The position numbers and the translations under genes are program-made. Source: Candidatus Velthaea sp. (GTDB taxonomy: Bacteria; Vulcanimicrobiota; Vulcanimicrobiia; Vulcanimicrobiales; Vulcanimicrobiaceae). Taken from it: a stretch of 55,521 bases of DNA. Positions 1 through 11,200 of this stretch are shown here, piece by piece. The stretch covers positions 1 to 55,521 of the forward strand of contig JBEKHC010000022.1 in the NCBI GenBank assembly GCA_050012475.1, given 5' to 3'. The notes below the pieces were generated by a model that made no database searches, had not been told where the DNA came from, and worked only from the letters and a program-made list of their open reading frames with translations. The stretch's first letter is position 1. Each line of letters starts with the position of its first letter.

Positions 1-1502
1 GCCTCGAAACCAACGAGGGTTGTATCACGCAACCGCATGATGGGCTGATAGGCCACCCGCAACTCATCCCGTTCGATCGCTTGGCGCAAGCTCGCCGCCA
101 AATCGGATTTTAGGCGAGCGCCGGGTGTCATGAACGATTCGAAAACTGCGGCTCGCGCCCGCCCCTCAGTCTTGGCCACATACATGGCGGCATCCGCATC
201 CTGGAGGATGTCCTCGGGGTGGAGGTACTTGGGACTGCTCATTGCTATCCCGATGCTCACCGTTACGAGGACGTCTCGGCCGTCGATCCGTATCGGTTGC
301 CGCATCTCGGTACCAATGCGTTCGGCGGCGTCACTGGCCTCGGATGCCCCGCTGATCCCGTTCAGCAAAATCGCGAACTCGTCGCCGCCGATTCGGGCGA
401 CGATATCCTCGAAACGCAGGCAATTTTCAAGTCGACGAGCGACCGTGTCAAGCAAGCGGTCCGCAAAGATGTGGCCAAAGACGTCGTTCACGCCCTTAAA
501 GTGATCGACGTCGATAAAGAGAACGGCGAAGAATCCCGACGGGCGCCGTTTCTTCAAGGCAATTGCACGCTGCACGTGTTCGTTGAACGTTCGCCGGTTG
601 GCTAGGCCCGTGAGCTCGTCGTATTGTACTTGACGCCGCAAGTCTTCAGCCGTTGCATGGTCGGCGGTGATATCGTGTGCAATGTATACAAAGCCGCGCA
701 ATTCGCCCGCGGCGTTGCGGTTGAGTTGGCTGAGTCTTCCGCTGGCAAGGAAACGGGACCCATCTTTGCGCATCAGCCACCGCTCGACGCTGGCGGATCC
801 GTCCGACGTTGCCTTGTTCAATTGGGCAATCGGCACCTCGGCGCCAACGTCATCGGGACTGAACAGCGCGGAAAAGTTGCTGCCGACGATATCCGTTTGG
901 GCGTAACCGAACAGCTTCTGACCGCCCGGGTTCCAGCTGTTGACCGTTCCGTCAAGGTCGATCGAGAAGATCGCGTAATCGCGCACGCTCTCGATGAGCA
1001 GGCGTAATTGTTGTTCACTATCGCTGAGCTTTTGGACTGCTAGATGACTGCTGGTACTGTCCTTCACGACTTTTGTGAAGCCGTGGAGGTGGCCCGAGGG
1101 GCCGCACAGCGGGTTAATGGTATTTGTGCCCCAAAAGCGGGCCCCGTTTTTGCGCATGTGCCAGCGATCGTGTTGGCTCGCTTCGCCGCGAAGTGCGATC
1201 GCTAACTCCTGTTGCGGTGCGCCGCTTTTCACATCTTCAGCTGTGAAGATCAAGTCGAACGGCCGACCCATGACCTCAGCTGCTGAATACCCAAACGTCC
1301 TTTCCGCGCCGGCATTCCAGCTAATGATTTCGCCGCTTTGCGATATGGCGAATACGGCGTGGTCGGTGAGGCTGTCGACGAGGGTTCGACACAACACCTG
1401 CGTGCCGTGCGGTGTTTGGCACAACAGCTGATCAGCGATGAGGTCGAGTGGTGCATCACTCTCTGACGACACGCTGTCGGCAGTCGTATTACTTTTGTTC
1501 AC
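1..1502 (-). CDS. PAS-PAS-GGDEF-EAL diguanylate cyclase/phosphodiesterase (partial, runs off the left edge)
   Basis: Manual minus-strand translation from GTG at 1502 gives PAS motifs (SWNAGAERTFGYSAAEVMG, RKNGARFW), DIVARIGGDEFAIL and the EAL-domain start ELRVAYQPIM..GFEA at the edge. It is absent from the ORF track, probably because its stop codon lies outside the window. Confidence 0.9.
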   Translation of the reverse strand, partial: MNKSNTTADSVSSESDAPLDLIADQLLCQTPHGTQVLCRTLVDSLTDHAVFAISQSGEIISWNAGAERTFGYSAAEVMGRPFDLIFTAEDVKSGAPQQELAIALRGEASQHDRWHMRKNGARFWGTNTINPLCGPSGHLHGFTKVVKDSTSSHLAVQKLSDSEQQLRLLIESVRDYAIFSIDLDGTVNSWNPGGQKLFGYAQTDIVGSNFSALFSPDDVGAEVPIAQLNKATSDGSASVERWLMRKDGSRFLASGRLSQLNRNAAGELRGFVYIAHDITADHATAEDLRRQVQYDELTGLANRRTFNEHVQRAIALKKRRPSGFFAVLFIDVDHFKGVNDVFGHIFADRLLDTVARRLENCLRFEDIVARIGGDEFAILLNGISGASEASDAAERIGTEMRQPIRIDGRDVLVTVSIGIAMSSPKYLHPEDILQDADAAMYVAKTEGRARAAVFESFMTPGARLKSDLAASLRQAIERDELRVAYQPIMRLRDTTLVGFE

Positions 1503-2269
1503 CGATTGTTGCCTGTTTGTAATGATAGAAATAACGGTAGCCGCAACGCCAGGGCACCGGTGTAAAGATTTGGCCCTAACATGAAACATGCTTCACTTGA
1601 TGTGAGGACCGCGGGCGATCTGTTGACGGTACTTGACGTCTTGCGGCCGGGCGTTGGCCCGGATTAACGGCTTAACGCGATCTTTACTGCATTGCGCTTG
1701 GTTTGGAGCATCGCTCGTAGTACAAAAGTGCAGCGAAATGAACGTACCCGCCACCTGCTATGATTGCGGCCTTCGGATCAACGGCCTTCGCACTTACTGT
1801 GATCCGTGCGGTGTCCTTCATCGCAATCCGAAAACATATAAGTACCGCGTACAAGTGCTACGCAAGCGCGCAACTGAGGTGCTCGCGCGCTCGCGCGCAA
1901 CGGTTCACCGATCCAACGTTGCGCTTGCCGCACTGCGCGGATCACGGATTCAACTGCGCGTGCCGGTCGGACGTAACAGCTGGGACCCCGTGTCGTCGCG
2001 GCCCAGGGACATCTCCTTCGACGCCGGCCTAAGGCGCTCGTCGCGCGCGGGCGCCCCGGCGCTCAACGAGCGTCGCAGGATCGTCGGGGAGCGCCTCGGC
2101 GTCCCGAGCCAAGGAACCGGCGCTCGACGGAGGTTTTGCCGCTCGCGTGGCAGGTTGAGGCCGACGGACACGACGCTGGGCGACGCCGCGCGCCGTCGAT
2201 TGAGCCGGACGTCGTCGCTACGCGGCTTAATTGCCGAAGCAAACTTCGCCGCAATGCTCCTCGCCCGGA

Positions 2270-3259
2270 CTAAAATAGAGCATCCCTGGGCGGCGTGTCA
2301 AGGCGCATCGCGTCGGCCGGACGATCGAATGTTGCAAGTGCGACCCGCGCCCGCTCGACGATTGCACTCGGTAGATCATCGGGTGAAACGATCTGCAGGG
2401 CATCGGCGTAAACGAGGACCGTGGCGATTGCCAGCTCTCGCGATGGAAACGCAACGCGCAGCGTCGAGAACTGCTCGTCTTCGCGCAAAACGGTGACGTC
2501 CCAAAAAATGAACCGCGGGCCGGCGTCGCGCTCGACCCGGAGCACGACATCGTACGTCTCTTGCGATTGACGCTCGATCGAGGTTACCGACGCGTTCCAA
2601 TACGCTTCCAGGTCGAAGTCGGGCGGGCGGCTGAACGTGGCCGGCAGCTCTTCAACCTCAACGATGCGCTGTGCCCGAAAGGTCCGGTAGCCTTTGTCGG
2701 GCTCACGCCCAATGAGATACCAGACGCCGGCTTTCGCGACGAGACCGAGCGGATCCACACGACGTTCGCTCGGAGTTCCGCCACGGTCGCGATACTCCAG
2801 ACGCACGGAACGGTCGTTTTGTACGGCACGACGGAGCCGGACGAGAACGTCGGTGGGCTGTTCGCCGCGGCTCCAGCGATTGTGATCGAGCAGCAGGCGC
2901 GCGCGGCCGGTCTCCATCGCTTGCCGCGCTGCCGCCGGTAACGCGCCGGCGAGCTTTTGCAGCGCCTGCGACTGAGCCGCGCTGCCGAGATCGGTCATCG
3001 GTCCGGGCCCCGAAGCAAAGAGCGCTTGAAGTTCGTCGTTCGTGAAGTGGGCGAGCGCCCGGCGATAATCGTCGGCCAACACGATGCCGCCCAGCGGCCC
3101 GCGTTCCATATGAATCGGCACGCCGGCGGCGCACAACGCCTCGACGTCGCGATAGATCGTGCGCATCGAGACCTCGAGCTGACGCGCAAGCTCGCGCGCG
3201 GTAACCCGCCGCTTTCCTTGGAGCAGCAACAGACAGGAGAGAAGCCGTTGCGACTGCAT
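2270..3259 (-). CDS. WYL-domain (YafY-family) HTH transcriptional regulator
   Basis: N-terminal HTH (TARELARQLEVSMRTIYRDVEAL) and WYL domain (VDPLGLVAKAGVWYLIG..YRTFRAQRI). Start placed at MQSQRLL (3259). Confidence 0.92.
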   Translation of the reverse strand: MQSQRLLSCLLLLQGKRRVTARELARQLEVSMRTIYRDVEALCAAGVPIHMERGPLGGIVLADDYRRALAHFTNDELQALFASGPGPMTDLGSAAQSQALQKLAGALPAAARQAMETGRARLLLDHNRWSRGEQPTDVLVRLRRAVQNDRSVRLEYRDRGGTPSERRVDPLGLVAKAGVWYLIGREPDKGYRTFRAQRIVEVEELPATFSRPPDFDLEAYWNASVTSIERQSQETYDVVLRVERDAGPRFIFWDVTVLREDEQFSTLRVAFPSRELAIATVLVYADALQIVSPDDLPSAIVERARVALATFDRPADAMRLDTPPRDALF

Positions 3260-3279
3260 CGGGCGAGCGTTCTTTCTGA

Positions 3280-3325
3280 ATATGACAGTACCTGTCATAT
3301 ACAAGCGCTATGCTGCGGATATAAT
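3280..3325 (+). promoter_or_regulatory. Perfect palindrome ATATGACAG-TAC-CTGTCATAT (candidate WYL operator) plus TATAAT -10 box
   Basis: 9-bp arms at 3280-3288 and 3292-3300 and TATAAT at 3320-3325, between the divergent WYL and VOC genes. Confidence 0.7.
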
Positions 3326-3351
3326 CGCCTCAGCCGCTAGGGAGCACCGAC

Positions 3352-3738
3352 ATGACGACCACCACGAATCAAAACGCTGTCGCCGTCAAAGGCATGGACA
3401 TGTATGCGTATTTGACCAGCGATCCACAACGCTCGATCGCGTTTTACCGCGACGTTTTGGGCATCGTGCCAACCGACTTCGACGAGAAGGGCCGGGGTGC
3501 CGAGTTTACTTTGGCCGACGGCACGACATTCGGTGTTTGGAAACCGGATGAAGGCCCGCAGCAAGGCGGGGTGGTGATGTTCGCCGTCGACGACATCAAC
3601 GCCGCCGTCAGCCTCTTCCGCTCGCGCGGCGCGGAGCTGAGCAATCCCGAAGAGACGCCCGTGTGCTTCATGTCGTTCGGCGCGGATCCTGACGGTAACG
3701 GGTTCATGCTTCATCAGCGCAAGCCCGGCAACACCTAG
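3352..3738 (+). CDS. VOC/glyoxalase family protein
   Basis: RBS GGAG; motifs SIAFYRDVLG, FAVDDI and FGADPDGN. Confidence 0.88.
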   Translation: MTTTTNQNAVAVKGMDMYAYLTSDPQRSIAFYRDVLGIVPTDFDEKGRGAEFTLADGTTFGVWKPDEGPQQGGVVMFAVDDINAAVSLFRSRGAELSNPEETPVCFMSFGADPDGNGFMLHQRKPGNT

Positions 3739-3864
3739 CCCCGCTTCGACGATCGCTCGCGAGAAGGGGCCGGCGTCTGACGAAGACGCCGGCTGCCGCG
3801 GGTACTGCGGCGGCGGCGCGGAAATCGGTTCTTCCTTCAAAAACGCCTGAACGGAGAGCCAGGT

Positions 3865-5358
3865 ATGCTTGAAACGAAAGTCGTCGACTACCAGCATTAC
3901 ATCAACGGCAAGCCGGCAAGCTCGAGCGGCGACGATCGTCTCCCCGTTCTCGATCCGGCGACCGGTCAGCAATGGGCGACGGTCGCCGACGGCTCGGCCG
4001 AAGATGTGCGCGCCGCGGTCGATGCGGCCGTCAGCGCGTCGGCGGTGTGGGGGGCGACCTCGCCGGCAACGCGCGGCCGTTTGCTCCTGCGGCTTGCCGA
4101 CGTCATCGAAGCGCGCGGCGACGAGCTCGCCGCCCTCGAAGTGCGCGACAACGGAAAACTTCTGCGCGAAATGAGCGCGCAGCTGCGCGCCATTCCGAAC
4201 TGGTATCGGTACTACGCCGGTCTGGCTGATAAAATTCAAGGTGCAACGGTCCCGATGGAACGGGCGTCGCTCTTCAACTTTACCGTGCGCGAGCCGTTTG
4301 GCGTGGTCGCGTGCATCACGCCCTGGAACTCGCCGCTGCTTTTGGGGTCGTTTACGTTTGCGCCGGCGATTGCGGCGGGCAACGTGATCGTGCTCAAGCC
4401 CAGCGAACACGCGTCGGTTTCTTCGCTCGAGTTCGCGCGCTGTTTTGCGGATGCCGGCTTCCCCCCCGGGGTGTTCAACGTCGTTACCGGACGCGGCGCG
4501 ATCGCCGGTGACGCCTTAGTGACGGATTCCCGCGTTGAGCGGGTGGTGTTTACGGGAAGCGGGACCGCGGGATCGATTGTCGCTTCGCAGGCCGCCGGAC
4601 ACTTTGCCGAAGTGACGCTCGAGCTCGGCGGTAAATCCCCCAACATCGTCTTCGCCGACGCCGACCTCGATGCCGCCGTGCCCGGCGTTCTCTCCGGGAT
4701 CTTTGCGGCCAGCGGACAAACGTGCATTGCCGGCTCGCGCACGCTCGTCCAGCGCCGCATCTACGATGAATTGCTCGAGCGGCTCGTCGCGCGAACGCAA
4801 CAGATTCGCATCGGTAATCCGATGCTTGCCGAGACCGAGATGGGACCGCTGGCGAACGAGCCGCAGTTTCGCAAGGTGCAAAGCTACGTTGACGTCGCGC
4901 GGGCAGACGGTGCGCGATTGGTTACCGGAGGCGGCCGCCCCGAACGCGCGGATCTCGCCCCGGCCGGGCTGTTTTTCGAGCCGACGATTTTCGCCGATGT
5001 CCGCAATGAGATGCGCATTGCGCGAGAAGAAGTGTTTGGCCCGCTGCTCTCGCTCATCCCGTTCGATTCGGACGACGAAGCAATCGCCATCGCGAATGAT
5101 ACGGAGTTCGGTTTGGCAGCGGGGGTTTGGACGAACGATCTGGCGCGCGCTCATCGAACCGTCCGAGCGTTACGGGCGGGGACGGTGTGGGTGAACACGT
5201 ATCGCGCGCTCGCACCCGCGATGCCGTTCGGCGGCTTTAAGGGCAGCGGTATCGGGAGCGAAAACGGGAGCGAAGCGATAAATGATTTCACCCGAGTCAA
5301 AGCGGTGTGGATCGAAACGCAACCCAGCGCCGGAGATCCGTTCTTGGTCAAACTCTAG
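3865..5358 (+). CDS. Aldehyde dehydrogenase
   Basis: ITPWNSP, KPSE, FTGS, LELGGKSP, catalytic SGQTCIAGSR, EEVFGP and PFGGFKGSG. Confidence 0.96.
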   Translation: MLETKVVDYQHYINGKPASSSGDDRLPVLDPATGQQWATVADGSAEDVRAAVDAAVSASAVWGATSPATRGRLLLRLADVIEARGDELAALEVRDNGKLLREMSAQLRAIPNWYRYYAGLADKIQGATVPMERASLFNFTVREPFGVVACITPWNSPLLLGSFTFAPAIAAGNVIVLKPSEHASVSSLEFARCFADAGFPPGVFNVVTGRGAIAGDALVTDSRVERVVFTGSGTAGSIVASQAAGHFAEVTLELGGKSPNIVFADADLDAAVPGVLSGIFAASGQTCIAGSRTLVQRRIYDELLERLVARTQQIRIGNPMLAETEMGPLANEPQFRKVQSYVDVARADGARLVTGGGRPERADLAPAGLFFEPTIFADVRNEMRIAREEVFGPLLSLIPFDSDDEAIAIANDTEFGLAAGVWTNDLARAHRTVRALRAGTVWVNTYRALAPAMPFGGFKGSGIGSENGSEAINDFTRVKAVWIETQPSAGDPFLVKL

Positions 5359-5472
5359 AGAATTCGGATACGCGCAATGTTTCGCGTTTGAGTTCCAGCA
5401 ATTTCTCGGGCCACATTGCAGTTGTGTCGCGGTGCACGGCGAAAAGCGTTTTGGCAGCGGAAGGAGAGCGCG

Positions 5473-6588
5473 ATGAGCACGGTTCGGGTTCTCGTCGGTA
5501 CGCGCAAAGGAGCGTTCGTGCTAACGTCGGACGGCAAGCGCGAAGCGTGGGACGTGCAAGGCCCGCATTTTGCCGGCTGGGAGATTTACCACATCAAGGG
5601 TTCGCCCGCCGATCCGAATCGGTTGTATGCATCTCAGACAAGTTCGTGGTTCGGCCAGGTCATCATGCGCTCGGACGACGGCGGTGAGAATTGGAGTCCC
5701 GTCGGCAACCGCTTCGCGTACGACGGCGTGCCGGGCACCCACCAGTGGTACGATGGAACCCCGCATCCATGGGAGTTCGCGCGTGTCTGGCACCTCGAGC
5801 CGTCGCTGAGCGATCCCGATACCGTTTACGCCGGAGTTGAAGACGCAGCGTTGTTTCGCTCGACGGACGGTGGTCACGACTGGTACGAACTAGCCGGGCT
5901 GCGCTGTCACGGATCAGGGCCGGCTTGGCAACCTGGAGCCGGCGGGATGTGTTTGCATACCGTGTTGTTGGATCCCGCCGATTCGGAGCGCATATTCGTT
6001 GCGATCTCGGCGGCCGGCGCATTCCGCACCGACGATGGCGGTACGACGTGGCGGCCGATCAACAGCGGGCTGATATCGACGGGTATTCCGGACCCGAATG
6101 CCGAGGTCGGTCACTGCGTCCACCGCCTCGCGATGCATCACTCGCGTCCGCAGGTGCTTTTCATGCAAAAACACTGGGACGTGATGCGAAGTGACGACGC
6201 CGGCGATTCGTGGCGCGAGGTAAGCGGGAACTTGCCGACGGATTTCGGCTTCCCGATCGACGTTCATGCGCACGAACCCGACACCGTCTATGTCGTTCCG
6301 ATCAAGAGCGACTCCGAGCACTTTCCGCTCGACGGCAAACTGCGTGTGTATCGCAGCCGTTCCGGCGGCGACGAATGGGAAGCGCTTACCAATGGGTTGC
6401 CGCAGCGCAACTGTTACGTCAACGTGCTGCGCGACGCGATGGCCGTCGACTCGCTCGACGCGTGCGGCATCTACTTCGGAACGACCGGTGGCCAGGTGTA
6501 TGTCTCGGCCGATGCCGGCGACAACTGGATGCCGATCGTACACGATCTTCCGGCCGTGCTCTCGGTTGAAGTGCAGACCTTGCCGTGA
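5473..6588 (+). CDS. BNR/Asp-box repeat (sialidase-like beta-propeller) protein
   Basis: RBS AAGGAG before [13 protein letters not shown]; repeated SxDGGxxW Asp-boxes ([40 protein letters not shown]). Confidence 0.88.
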   Translation: MSTVRVLVGTRKGAFVLTSDGKREAWDVQGPHFAGWEIYHIKGSPADPNRLYASQTSSWFGQVIMRSDDGGENWSPVGNRFAYDGVPGTHQWYDGTPHPWEFARVWHLEPSLSDPDTVYAGVEDAALFRSTDGGHDWYELAGLRCHGSGPAWQPGAGGMCLHTVLLDPADSERIFVAISAAGAFRTDDGGTTWRPINSGLISTGIPDPNAEVGHCVHRLAMHHSRPQVLFMQKHWDVMRSDDAGDSWREVSGNLPTDFGFPIDVHAHEPDTVYVVPIKSDSEHFPLDGKLRVYRSRSGGDEWEALTNGLPQRNCYVNVLRDAMAVDSLDACGIYFGTTGGQVYVSADAGDNWMPIVHDLPAVLSVEVQTLP

Positions 6589-6881
6589 TTCGGGTCGTGT
6601 TGCCGTCGCATCTGCGGACCTTGGCGCGTGTCACGGGTGAGGCGCAACTCGACGTGGGCGATCGAGTTACCCAGCGTTCCGTTCTCGATGCACTGGAATC
6701 ACGGTTCCCGATGCTGCGGGGGACGATCCGCGACCACGTCAGCTTGCGCCGCCGCCCGTACGTGCGGTTCTTCGCGTGCGAACGCGACCTCTCGCACGAT
6801 TCGCCCGACGCGCCGCTTCCGGACGCGGTCGCGCGTGGAGCCGAGCCGCTGCTGATCGTCGGCGCGATGGCCGGCGGCTGA
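6585..6881 (+). CDS. MoaD/ThiS-family ubiquitin-like protein
   Basis: 98 aa, [14 protein letters not shown]...RRPYVRFF...ending in GAMAGG; GTGA overlap with the upstream gene. Confidence 0.88.
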   Translation: MIRVVLPSHLRTLARVTGEAQLDVGDRVTQRSVLDALESRFPMLRGTIRDHVSLRRRPYVRFFACERDLSHDSPDAPLPDAVARGAEPLLIVGAMAGG

Positions 6882-6883
6882 GC

Positions 6884-7225
6884 AAGTCGTTTTCGGCCCC
6901 CGATGAGGAGCGCGAATTTCCCAAGGGAAAAGCGAAGATCGTTGCCGCCGGCGGTTTCGAAGCCGGCCGCTTGATCTTCCGGCCCGGTAGGCGCTAGTCG
7001 GCGACGTCCAGCTGCTGCCGAAGACCATCAGTCGCGAGTCGCCGCATTTTCAGTACCATGTCTGGGGCAAGCTCGGAATTCGGATGGACGACGGCACCAG
7101 GTTCGTCGCTACGACCAGAGATATTACATCGCTTGCCGCGCGGCCACGATGCGTGGGCGATCGGCGACGAGTCCGTAGTTGTCGTCGACGGGTTCGGTGC
7201 GACCTATGACGCAGGACAAGTCTTA
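6884..7225 (+). pseudogene. Degraded cupin-domain gene
   Basis: Fragments across frames read KSFSAPDEEREFPKG..GRLIFRPGRR*(TAG 6995-6997)..PHFQYHVWGKLGIRMDDGT..LPRGHDAWAIGDESVVVVD. This resembles a small cupin family recalled from memory. No start codon; frameshifted. Confidence 0.65.
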
Positions 7226-7399
7226 GACATGCATTCAAAAAGGGAACATGCCGCTGTGCAAACGTCAATCAGAAAAGTGATCGACTGTCGCCAATTTCCA
7301 AGCGAGAGCAATTGCTCGCTCACCAGCTGCACGTGTTCTAGAGAAGGCCGATAAACGGTAGACTGCGCAAGAATTTACCAAGATTGTCCGCGAACGCGT

Positions 7400-7641
7400 G
7401 AAGCTGAGGTCAAAAGGCATCGAGTTCGCGATGCGCGAGCAGACCCGCATCCGAGCTGACGATGAAACCGCCAAAGTGGAGCATCACGCGCCGGTCGAAA
7501 CCAGCCGGAGAAGACCAGTCTTCGTTTCACCCGTCGGGTTCGTCAATTCGGTGACATCTCATCGGCGTGAATCACTTTGTCAATTTATAGCAAATTTGCA
7601 GCATTGCTACAGCGATCGTGATTTCATCCGGTGAATGCGGG
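7400..7641 (-). mobile_element. IS1380-family insertion sequence remnant (left end plus degraded transposase 5' end)
   Basis: The minus strand starts CCCGCATTCACCGGATGAAA after CTAAG and encodes LTNPTGETK..LRL/FDRRVMLHFGGFIVSSDAGLLAHRELDA*, resembling an IS1380 transposase N-terminus (FDRR..SDAGLL.YRELD). Frameshifted and truncated. Confidence 0.7.
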
Positions 7642-8209
7642 CTTAGTTGAGCAACCAACGAAGACGATCGGAATGAGACTGCCAGAGTCAGAGAGATAGC
7701 TGTCGATCACAATAGGTGTTCATACACGGTCAGCCAATAGGAGGCACATCGAAGACCTCGATTTAGGCCGCCCATTGAGACGTCCGACTTCGAGCTTCTC
7801 TCACCGATGGAGTCAATTTAGGTAAAGCGAATGCGGCGATGTGCTTCGAAGGACTCTCGAGTTAAACGAAGGAAACTTGTCCAGGGCCTGTTCGATCGAT
7901 AAGCTTGGCCGTGACGCGCCTTTCCTTCGTTGACAGATCAAGCGTCTCTCCTGACGCGACGATTGTCATGAGTTTCTGACAAGATTCGTCTCCGCGTGGA
8001 GCTTTACGAACACGCGTAACGCGAAAAGTGGTCGCCGGCAGCTCGAATGGGGCAGCCGCCGCGGGCACGGAACGAACTGGACTCGTGGCCGGGCGCTGCC
8101 GGCAAGGGATGCTTCTAGAAGACGTTCGCCGCAGCCGGCGGGATCGCGAGCGCGCGGTGCCGCGCGGCTGGCCTTGAAGCAACGAATGACATGGAAGGGC
8201 GACCAGACT

Positions 8210-11200
8210 ATGCGAAACGCCGCGGGCAAAGTCCGCCGTGTTCGGTCCGAACGGAACGCCGGTCCGAATCGGGGCACCGATTTTCTGCAAGCAGGCGGAG
8301 ACCTTGGTGCGCTCATCCGAGCCAAGGATTGGTCTCAAACGGCCGTCGGCGCTCCGGAAACGTGGTCCGAGAGCCTCCGGACCGTCGTCAGCCTTTGCCT
8401 CGCGTCGAATTTTCCGATCAATATCATCTGGGGAGCTGAGCACACCCAGATTTACAACGATGGGTACCGCGACGTTTGCGGTGAGGCGCATCCGCGTGCG
8501 CTTGGAGAGAATTATACTGTCACATGGGAAAGCGCCTGGCCGGCAATCGGCGAGCCCTTTGAGCGCGCCCGCGCCGGCGAAACATCGTATCTCGAGAATC
8601 AGCGCATGTTCCTGCGCCGCAATGGTTACCTTGAGGAGACGTTCTTCACGTTCTCGCTCTCGCCGATCCGCGATGAAAGCGGCGGAATCGGCGGCTTGTT
8701 TCACCCCGTGACGGAGACAACCCCGACCATGTTGGCCGAGCGGCGCATGCGTGCGCTGCGCGATCTCAGCACCGAGCTTGCGCGTGCCGAAGATGAGTCT
8801 TCGTTCGGCGTGACAGCTGTCGAAAAGCTGTCGCATCTCGAGTTCGATTTGCCGTTCTTGCTTTACTATAGCCGCGAAGCGCAATCCGCCGCGTTCCGGC
8901 TGGTCGCGCACTGCGGAATCGACGCCGGACTTGGGGCGTCGCCCTTGCAGGTCGATAGCGACGGCGAGCGCCCGTGGCCCCTCTCACCCACGCTGAGCAA
9001 TGCGCGCATCCTGGAAGTCACCGGCCTGGCTTCGGTCTTACCGGCGGGAAGCTGTGGACCATACCCAGAGCCGCCGAATCGAGCATTCGTGATTCCGATC
9101 GCCGTCAATGGCGCCGTGGCAGTGCTCGTAGCCGGTGCTTCTTCACGGCTTCCGCTCAGTGAGGCCTACCGCACGTTTTACGAACTTCTCGGTGCAACGA
9201 TCTCAAGTGCCCTTGCGACGGTGCGCGCACGAGAAGACGATCGCCGGCGAGTCGAAGCTTTGGCGGAGATCGACCGTGCGAAAACCGCCTTCTTCGCGAA
9301 TGTCAGTCACGAGTTTCGGACGCCGCTCACCTTGATGCTTGGTCCGCTCGAAGGCCTGCTCGCAGATCCGGCGGCCCTCGACCATCGAGCGCCGTTGGAG
9401 ACCGTGCACCGGAACGGGCTTCGCCTGCTTCGGCTCGTCAACGAGTTACTCGACTTCAGTCGCGTCGAGGCCGGACGAGCCGAGGCCAATTATGAACCGG
9501 CGGCGCTGGCGCATGTGACTGCCGAGATTGCCAGCAACTTCCAGTCGGCCTGCGACCTGGCCAACGTGGCGTTGCTGATCGACTGTCCGCCTCTGAGCGA
9601 AGCGGTGTACGTCGATGCGGATATGTGGGAAACCATCGTCCTCAATCTGATCTCGAATGCGTTCAAGTTCACCGTCAGCGGCACGATCGCGGTGACGGTG
9701 CGCTCCGATGGGCGCGATGCCATCCTGACCGTGCAAGACACGGGCATGGGCATCCCCGACGCCGAGCTGTGCCGCGTGTTCGAGCGCTTCCATCGGGTCG
9801 AATCGACGCACGGACGTTCCCACGAAGGATCGGGAATCGGCCTCGCACTCGTAAAGGAACTCGTCGGTCTCCATCAAGGCAGCGTCGATGTCGCAAGCGT
9901 GCTCGGGCAGGGAACGGTCTTCACGGTTCGCCTGCCCTTGGGAGATGCGCACCTGCCCAAAGAGCGCGTCAACAGTGGACGCGTGCGGCGGTCGAAAATG
10001 CACGGAGCGGAGGCATTCGTCCAAGAAGCGCTGCGGTGGCTTCCGAGCGCGAACGATGATGACGAGGCTCAATCGGCGACGCCGCAAGACGTTGCATCGC
10101 TCCCCGCCCAGGAGCGAGCGAGAATCGTCTTGGTCGACGACAATTCCGACATGCGCAATTATGTTCGTCACCTGCTCGCCGCCAAGTACGAGGTCGAAAC
10201 CGCGGTCGATGGCGTCCAAGCGCTGGAGATGATCGAGCGCCGCGTCCCCGATCTCGTTGTGTCCGACGTAATGATGCCGCGGCTCGACGGGTTCGGTCTG
10301 ATCCAGGCGATCCGTGAGCGTCCGGCGCTCTCGAACGTTCGCGTCATCCTGCTTTCGGCGCGCGCCGGCGAAGAAGCACGTGTGGAAGGGCTGAATGTCG
10401 GTGCCGACGATTATCTGGTGAAGCCGTTCAGTTCGCACGAATTGATCGCGCGAGTCGCGACGAACGTGCACGTGTCGCGTCTGCGTCGGCGCGCCGATGC
10501 CGCGCTGAATTCTAGTGAACGTGCGCGGCGAATTGCGCACACTTTTCAAACCGCGTCGTTGCCGGCCGCGCTGCCCAACATCCCGGGGATGTCATTCTCG
10601 TGCCTGTACGAGCCGAGCAGCCACGAAGCCAACGTGGGCGGCGATTTCTACGACGCCTTTCGCCTCCTGGACGGCCGGATCGTCGCGTCGATCGGCGACG
10701 TCGCGGGGGCCGGGCTTGCCGCTGCGGCGACGATGGCAGCGGTCCGCCAGAGTATTCGCGCGGTCGCCGCTGTGAATCCCGATCCGCAGATGTTGCTCAA
10801 GGCAGCGGACGACGTGTTCGCGGACAACGGCCGTCCGCCATTTGCCAGCGCTTTCGTGGCGGTCATCGATCCGCTCACGTTCTCGATTCGCTACGCGAGT
10901 GCCGGCCATCCGCCGCCGCTGTTGCGTTCGCCTGATGGACATATCAGTGCTTTGGAAGGCCAAGACTTATTGTTGGGGGTCACGCCCGAAGTCGAACACG
11001 CAGCGCGTGAAGTGCATCAGATCGTCGCCGACCCGGGCTCACTCTTGGTCTTGTATACCGATGGGATCACGGAGAACACCCGTGACGTGCTCGACGGTGA
11101 ACGCCGGGTCACGGGCGCCGTCGCCGCGCTCGATGACGAAGAACGGACCTCCGACGCCGTCGCGCGGATCGTGTGCGAACGCACGTTGGGACCAGAAGGC

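Noticed and set aside
130..1431. Several plus-strand ORFs in the track
   Set aside because: They are antisense shadows of the minus-strand PAS-GGDEF-EAL gene.
1738..2496. ORF with two CxxC motifs (CYDC, CDPC) suggesting a zinc ribbon
   Set aside because: No clear RBS, and the remainder is Arg-rich and overlaps the WYL gene antisense. A short real protein cannot be excluded but is not supported.
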